Shown: piece after piece, positions 57,956 through 64,000 of the stretch | How the letters are laid out: the number at the start of each line of letters is the position of its first letter | How positions within the stretch are numbered: position 1 is the first letter of the stretch | Assembly: GCA_029953675.1 (NCBI GenBank) | Contig: JAMWBK010000011.1 | Location: forward strand, 1,302,001 to 1,366,000 | Length of the DNA stretch: 64,000 bases | Origin: Rhodosorus marinus CCMP1338 | Lineage: Eukaryota > Plantae > Rhodophyta | Direction: 5' to 3' | The notes under the pieces: model-generated | Databases searched by the model: none | Seen by the model: the letters and a program-made list of their open reading frames with translations, nothing else | Told to the model about the DNA's origin: nothing | Translations under genes and position numbers: made by a program

Positions 57956-59040
57956 CCCCAGACTAACGTAACCGTAAGCTTTTATTGGGCAGCTGCCTAC
58001 TGCAGTTAGCTTTTATTGGGCAGCTGCCTACTGCAGCGTAACACTACCTCGAACACTATCTAGGGAAATGCTTACGGGAATCCCGCTACCGGGGTCTCAA
58101 GCTACGTTCAAAAGAAAAAATAGGGACCAGTGGGTTCTCCAGCTGGTCACGCAAAGCGCAGAGCGCAATCGTTGCGTTTCCCTGCCATAATATCCTGTTC
58201 AAGTGGGACCGTACGTCGCTTAGCTCCTCGTTTCTATGCAACAGGTGTTTGCAACTGTCCTGCAGGAAGTCTTGCGTCATCTTCCCGCTCCGCCCAAAGG
58301 TCTCTATGGCTATCGGGATGAAGTCGTCATCCGGTTTCCCTATAGTCATCGCCTCCTTGTAGTGTGCGATTTTCCAAGTCTCTGCTGCCCTCGCTGCGTA
58401 TCCGTTCTCGGCTTGGCTACGCCTCAGATGTTTCCCTGTAGTGGTGAAACCACCGTTATATCCAACGCGTACCGTTGCCTTGTCCTCGGATGTGTAGCAA
58501 TAATGTCAGGCCGAAGTCCGTAGTTGTCAAAGTACCGCTCAGGTTCTTGTTCGACGTCTATAAAGTTCATCTTCTCAGCCACCGCGCCAACTCGGTGCAG
58601 ATTTCGTCGTGTCTCCGTTGCCAAAATCCAGTAGAGGTAGGGCAGTGATGGAACCTTTGCACTCCAGTAGGACCGTGTTTACTCCTGCAACTAGTGCACT
58701 TCTCGGTGGTCCGCAATCCGTAACCCCAGAATTGGCAAGCCCAACAGTAGTCGTATGTTCACCTGCGTCTCAGCCGCATTCAACTTCTTCGGTGTCAGTG
58801 TCGGTATTTCCCGTATCCAGACCCCTGATCTGCAGCCGGCGGCTGACCGTATTCGAGCTCGGTTTTCAGGGGAGATCCGCGGATTGCTGACCAAGCGTTG
58901 GAATGCACAATGGTGTGCCTCTCGAGAGAGGGTTTGTTGTATAGAACCATTATTCCAAGCTGCAGTCTCGTCTGCCGCGCCTCGCTGTGGCGCTGCTTGC
59001 GTTTGTTGCAGGGTAGTGAGTCTCAAGATCCTGGGCGGGG
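57956..59040 (-). mobile_element. 3' portion of a family B CRE-like non-LTR retrotransposon (CCHC, RLE, 3' UTR), frameshifted
   Basis: NRARIRSAAG.RSGVWI...QVNIRLLLGLP; RRHDEICTEL; GLRPDII; LDITVVSP; GYAARAAETWKIAHY; FIPIAIETFGR; stop at 58086; duplicated AATAAA (31-bp period, 57977-58036) followed by the 16-mer. Confidence 0.88.
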
Positions 59041-59044
59041 TTTC

Positions 59045-59600
59045 AGGGAGAAGTCTCTGTTGTACTGGGCGCTACAAAATAAGCGCGACAAACCGTTCGA
59101 AGAAATCGCGAAACTACACCAACAGGAGCTCAACACACAAGTCGCCCTGTTCAGGTTCTGCGCGGAACACGGCTCGACTACGCTCTAATTTTGTTTAGCC
59201 TACCAGTTTGGAAGAACGCTTGCACGAGAGGGGGACAAGATGATGCCATATCATCTGGAAATTCTATTCGGAGGCCTCGCCACTACGGCCACAGAGGCCA
59301 CTACGGCCACAGAGGACGACGAGTACGTACAAATGATTTCGGACCAGATTGCACTGCCCGGCCGCTTGGGGGGGGGGCTGGGATTTGCTACCCGAACGCG
59401 TGTCCAACCTATCGCGTTCTACTCGGCATGGAGAAACACTTTCCGCAGCAATCAAGGCGACTGGCCATACATAACTGCGCTGGAGCGGGAGGTCTCGGCA
59501 GAACGCACGTCACCAACATCCCCACGGACAGAGCTAGAATGGTCAACTGCACAGCTCGCGGACCAGATCTGCACATCAGCGCTAGCAATACAACAGAGAC
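59045..59600 (+). mobile_element. CRE-like RT thumb fragment in opposite orientation to the adjacent 3' portion
   Basis: 'TQVALFRFCAE' and 'DQIALPGRLGGGLGF...AFYSAW' match the post-YxDD region (Q..LP.RLGGLG) also seen in ORF 60369. Confidence 0.75.
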
Positions 59601-59781
59601 TTCTCCCTGACCAACATCCCCACCGACAGGGCTAGAATGGTCAACTGCACAGATCGCGGACCAGATCTGATCTGCACATCAGCGCTAGCAATACAACAGA
59701 GACTTCTCCCTGACCAACATCCCCACCGACAGAGCTAGAATGGTCAACTGCACAGCTCGAGGACCAGATCTGCACATCAGC
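59512..59781 (+). repeat. Tandem repeat, ~2.7 copies of a 98-bp unit
   Basis: Units start at 59512, 59610 and 59713 (accaacatcccca..gacag.gctagaatggtcaactgcacag..cgcggaccagatctgcacatcagc...); the second unit carries an extra 'gatct'. Confidence 0.92.
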
Positions 59782-59949
59782 CTTCACTCCTGTTGGATGT
59801 AATGTCGGCTGCCTATGGGGATGGAATGTATAGTAACTCCTTCTCTGGTCGCTTGTACCCCAGGAATCTCACGATTGACCACTCGCGTGGTAGTCAGTGT
59901 TCGCCCGTACACTGTGCACTTGCCGAGTTGCAGCCTTGCTCCGAGTGCA

Positions 59950-61950
59950 GGAAGGACGGTTTACCCCCATGCTAGGGATTCCTTTAAGGCTTGTAGCGGC
60001 CCCACAATGGTGATATCATCGTGAATAGCGACGATGCTTTCATTGGGGAACTTGGTGCGCAACGCCCTTAGGACGGGCGCCAGGGATAGGGCATGCAGAA
60101 AAGGACCCAGTGGGTCACCCTGTTGAACTCATACCACGACGACGTGTGCCTCCTGGGGCCCCCTGATACTCTAGCGCTCGCTTATGATCGTCTCCGCTCC
60201 TTGACTTCGCGGGTTGACTTGGAGGTTAATCATCAGAAATCGTTCTAGTGGGGAGGTGTAGCTGCACAAGAGCAGCAGGTACCTGCGTCGTTCCAGGATA
60301 TTTGGAGACCGGATGGTTTTGTCCACTTAGGCATCCCCTACGGGTCGCCGTCCTTCGTTGAAGGCGAGTTGCTGCAGCTCCTCGGTAAGCACAGACAGCT
60401 GGTTGCAGAGCTTCGACGGCTCCCTCCGGGCTTTCTCCAGTGCGCGTTGTTGCTGTTTCGGTATTGTTGCAGTCAGCGGTTAACCTATTGGCTTCGCTCA
60501 CTTCCAACTCATTGGGGCCGTTGGTTGGCCACTCGTGCGGATGCTGAAAGTTTCCGTGACCTGGGGTATTTTCTCGATGAAGAGCTGAGCGCTCTGCCGC
60601 GACCCACCTGTGATGTTGTGCGCGCCCAGGTAGGCCTCCCATTGCGATTGGGGGGACTGGGCCTCTGCAATCGTGTTGTGGTCCAACCCGCAGCCGCAGT
60701 AGGGGCCTGGGGAACCGCACTTCCCACTTTGAGCAGCTTGGGTATCTCGAAGTTCCGCAATTTGATGGCGAGCCTCTCGCGGGGTGTCTTGCTTCCCAGC
60801 GTACCGGAAAGCGCCCAAGACTTGTTTCTGGAGCTCCAAACCGCCCTGAATTCCTGTACTAGTCTCCCCGAAACCGTTCAACCCCGTCTTCCTGACTGGC
60901 GAGCTGTATTTGACCGCTCTCGAGGCTCCGCCCCGGGGATTCGTCCTGCGCCTGAACCTGTTCTAGGGGAGATTGACCCAGTGGTTGCCGCAGAAGAAGA
61001 AGTTCCAGTTGATCCTCCTGATGATTCCCAGCGCGCTGGGAGCCGAGTTCAAGCACGCACGGATGCGCTGCAAAATATCCTTTCTTGGGACTTGCACCGT
61101 GCTGCATATGGCCGACTCCTCGCGCAGATGGTCTCATCTTCCCGCGCTCGCGCCCGCCTACGTAGTCTTGGAGGGGTTATTAGCTCTCAGTGGCTCATGA
61201 CCGTACCAGCCTTTCCGCCACTCACACTGTCGGATTTCGAAGTGCGTACTTCACTGCGCTTATACCTCGGCTTACATCAGCCCCCTTGGCCGTACGAGAT
61301 GGGTTCGTCGTGCCCTCTCTGCTCTCAGACTGAAGACAACGCAGATTTTGGCGCCCACCTGCTCGCTAGTTGCCCGGCGGTGAAAGGTGCTCGAACCCGC
61401 CGCCATACACGGATCTTGAACCTGTTATACCGGGAACTTCGGCCTATAGTCCGGCAAGCCCGTCTGGAAATCGAACGTGAGAAACCTTTACCCGTCGCGG
61501 ACTTTCAAAATGATGAACGCCGTGTAGCCGACCTGGTGATCACCTGTGACGACAGCCGCCGTACCACATACGTTGATCTTGCTGTTCCTAACCCTCAAGC
61601 TAGTCGTTATCTCCCGGCTGCGGGGGAGCGCCGTGGATCTGCCGCCGCCAGCATGAGACGCCGCAAAGAGATCAAATACGCGGGGGCTTTGTCTTCCCCT
61701 GGTGTTCGTGCTTCGGCACTAGCACATCGCTTGGTACCCCTGATCATTGAGTGCTTTGGGTTCATGGACTCTGTTGGTTCTCGCTGGCTTCGGGAGTTGT
61801 TCCGCGAACGCCCTGACCGTCTTCAATCGTTGTTTACCCGCTTAAGTTTCCTGCTGTGGCGCATGAATGCCGCTTTGATGTTGGAGGCGCGAGTACTTCG
61901 CCGCGCTTAGTCTTTTTTTCCCCTCGGGGTTTTTTTTTCAGCCTCCGATT
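59950..61950 (+). mobile_element. CRE-clade non-LTR retrotransposon, RT C-terminal half plus CCHC and RLE endonuclease; 5' part decayed
   Basis: SYHDD at 60129-60143, in frame with ORF 60369-61910 apart from one stop at 60246; GFVHLGIPYGS..FV; QVGLPLRLGGLG; CPLC...HLLASC; RRHT; RRVADL; YVDLAV; RRKEIKY; LVPLIIECFG. Confidence 0.92.
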
Positions 61951-61962
61951 AAACCATTCGTT

Positions 61963-64000
61963 CGTTGAACTCCCGTTGCTGCTTCTAGCGTAAGGCGGGA
62001 AGTTTGGGTCTGACCATGCGGAGTTCACCAACCACAGAGCGTGGGTGTATCCATGTCGTCGCTTCCGTAACCGAGTCGATATGCTGCCGCCAGCTCTGGG
62101 AAGTGTTTGTCGACAAGCTTCTTAGCCACGCGTCGATCAATTCGGTTAAATGCATTCTCAAGGTCAAGCCTGAGGACCACTGAATCAGGTTCGCATGACA
62201 AGTGGGCCTGGATCGCATGCAGCGAGCGTTCACACCCGCCGCTGACGCCAATACCGAGTTGTAGTGGCACCAGGAGCTTGCGCACCCCGTCGACTACAGC
62301 GCGAAGGGCCCGCTGCGTCGCTAGCTTTCGTAGAACCTCTGGTACGCCGATGGGCCGAACGCCGGGGTTTTCCTGGGGTGCTGATCCTTGCTTAGGCTTC
62401 GCGAATGGTAGGAGTCTGCTGCTGCGAAGGGCGCGAGTCAGAGTCGGGGAGAATTTCTCCGGAGCGGATGCGAGTTGTCGCAGTGTGGACGCGCGTCATC
62501 AGCGTGTTGTCTCTCGCTTCTCAGGGTAGTTAGCCTCTGAATAAACGGATCATCATCACTCGAATCAATGCCACTTGTGTCTGTTCAGTTCCACCTTGTG
62601 TTTGTTCCGCTCGGAGTCCGCTAGGGCCCGGGCTCTTGACCCTGAGGGAGACGTGCCACAACGGACAGGAGTCCCTCTTCAGCCGCCGTTGTCGGATCCG
62701 ACCTGTGCTTAAGGGCGTCGGTATCCAGGTTGAGGGAGTTCAGCTCTTGTGCGACCTCGTCGGGAAGGTCACCCCCGGCCGGGTCGGGAAAGAGCGCTTT
62801 GAGTTGGCGCCAGGTAGCCTCCGCAAAAGGTGCCATCTCGGTGGCCTGTAGTCGACGGGCAGCATCTGAGAGCCGCCCCAAATGTGCTAGCTTCAAAGCT
62901 TGCTTGTGGCGCCCCAGAATTTGGCGTCGAAAGGCGTCAGCTCCTTCCAGTGCGATTGTATGCGGCAGCGTAGACGCCTTGTCTTCTAGCGCGCTCCATA
63001 CCGTAGAGAATTCTCCTTCAAGTACGTGCGTTGCCTGAGTGCCAGGATCAAGTGCAGAGTGTCCAAGCACGAGGCCGGGAAGTCCGACAAGAAGCAGGCT
63101 GGCGTTCGGTGGTGCGCTGCTGTCCATGGCAAGCTCTAGTGCCGCACGGAGAAGGCGGTTCCACGTATTGACCTGGGCGCGTGGCAGGAATCGCCCTGTG
63201 GGCACCGGACAGTGTGTAAGACGCGTCCACTGCCTGCCTCCTTCCGTCACGTCGTCGACGAAGTCGCTCCACCGTTTAATCCAGTCTTGAAGATCCGAGA
63301 AGAACCTAGGCTCGTCGCGGCGTCGCTTCATTCCCCTACTTCTGCTTGGCATTATTGCGTTGTGTTTTCCTCGCGATCCTACGTGTCCATTGCGTGTTGG
63401 TTAGGGTGAGTATCCGCCTGGCTCACATTCGTATTCTTCGGGGTCTCCATTGATACCGGGGTCATCTCTGTATCTGGTCCGGGGCCAGCAGCGGATACTC
63501 GCTGACGCTTCTGTTGAGGTGGCTCCGGAAGGTTGCAGGGGAGTTCCGCGTGGGGATTGTCCTCGCGGTCAGTCTCCGCCGGTACTTGGGATGTTGCCCC
63601 GGAATCACCCTGAGTGTCAACAATCGCACGGGCTGCCTGTGCGTCACCCTGAAGAGACGAGGCTTCAGCGTCTGAGCTCGTTGCGGCTGCAGGCTCTGGG
63701 GGTTCCGCGCTCTCCCCGGGTACCGCGGGCGGAGATTGTCTTGCTTTGAGGAGTTCCAGTCGTGCCTCAAGATACTCGTGGAGCGCTGCGAGAGTATTGG
63801 AGGAGAGATGCCGCCGGCGGATCTTCGAACGAGTCCAGATAAGCTGTTCGATGGCCCGCTTCAGAGTTTGGGCCGCAATATCTGCGGGGCAATACCTTGG
63901 CGTTCTAGGTAGCCGAGCAGGTTGTCAGGCTACAGAGTCTCGCCAGTGTACAGGCTCACTTGACAATCCGCGTGTCGCAGGGTAAAGGATCCGAAAATCC
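61963..64000 (-). mobile_element. 5' portion of a CRE-clade non-LTR retrotransposon, frameshifted, truncated at the GVQ motif
   Basis: PGPSGLRAE, SSRLLPFAK, GVRPIGVPEVLRKL, QLGIGVSGGCE...HA, LRLDLENAFNRIDR, FPEL...Y, ATGVQ, after which similarity stops; continues beyond the window end. Confidence 0.9.

Noticed and set aside
59512-59781. CRISPR-like array
   Set aside because: Units are contiguous 98-bp repeats with no unique spacers, there are no cas genes, and the context is eukaryotic.
61908-61940. 'ttagtct...cggggt' at the 3' end of the 60-kb element as an interrupted copy of the 16-mer
   Set aside because: Only two short partial matches separated by a T/C run; could be chance.
1-64000. 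tRNA, rRNA, snRNA or SRP genes, and canonical TTAGGG/TTTAGGG arrays
   Set aside because: No convincing cloverleaf, rRNA or U-snRNA signature seen by eye and only isolated TTAGGG hexamers; a covariance-model scan was not possible.

Overview
Eukaryotic nuclear DNA from a compact genome with short (about 50-130 bp) GT-AG introns and plastid/thylakoid-targeted proteins. A unicellular red alga is the most likely source; this is inferred from 'MAF/MGFV'-type transit peptides, spondin-domain genes and gene density. There are three zones. (1) 1-7.5 kb: three secreted spondin_N genes in alternating orientation (+,-,+), forming two overlapping quasi-palindromes with LTR-retrotransposon debris in one spacer. 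(2) 8.3-53.5 kb: a dense core of about 27 genes, including ADPRM, syntaxin-16, a MUT9/PPK-type casein kinase, FIP1, RSL1D1, TL29, tandem MAP1 and FKBP19 pairs, OTU1, MTAP/MTIP, PPIH, TDP1, NOL12, MenE/AAE14, Pch2, METTL13, an SDR, cytochrome b5 and PLRG1. (3) 54.7-64 kb: an intronless secreted RTX-repeat protein followed by a pile-up of degenerate CRE-clade (RLE) non-LTR retrotransposons. The most striking unexplained signal is a telomere-like 16-mer, TTACGTTAGTCTGGGG. It brackets the junctions of one CRE family and recurs once, with terminal redundancy, in an intergenic region at 42.8 kb. Other highlights are arm-to-arm gene conversion in the spondin palindromes, a 13-bp stop-to-start gap between MenE and NOL12, and several HGT or catalytically altered enzyme candidates. 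Gene models were assembled by eye, so some 5' ends and minor exon boundaries are approximate.
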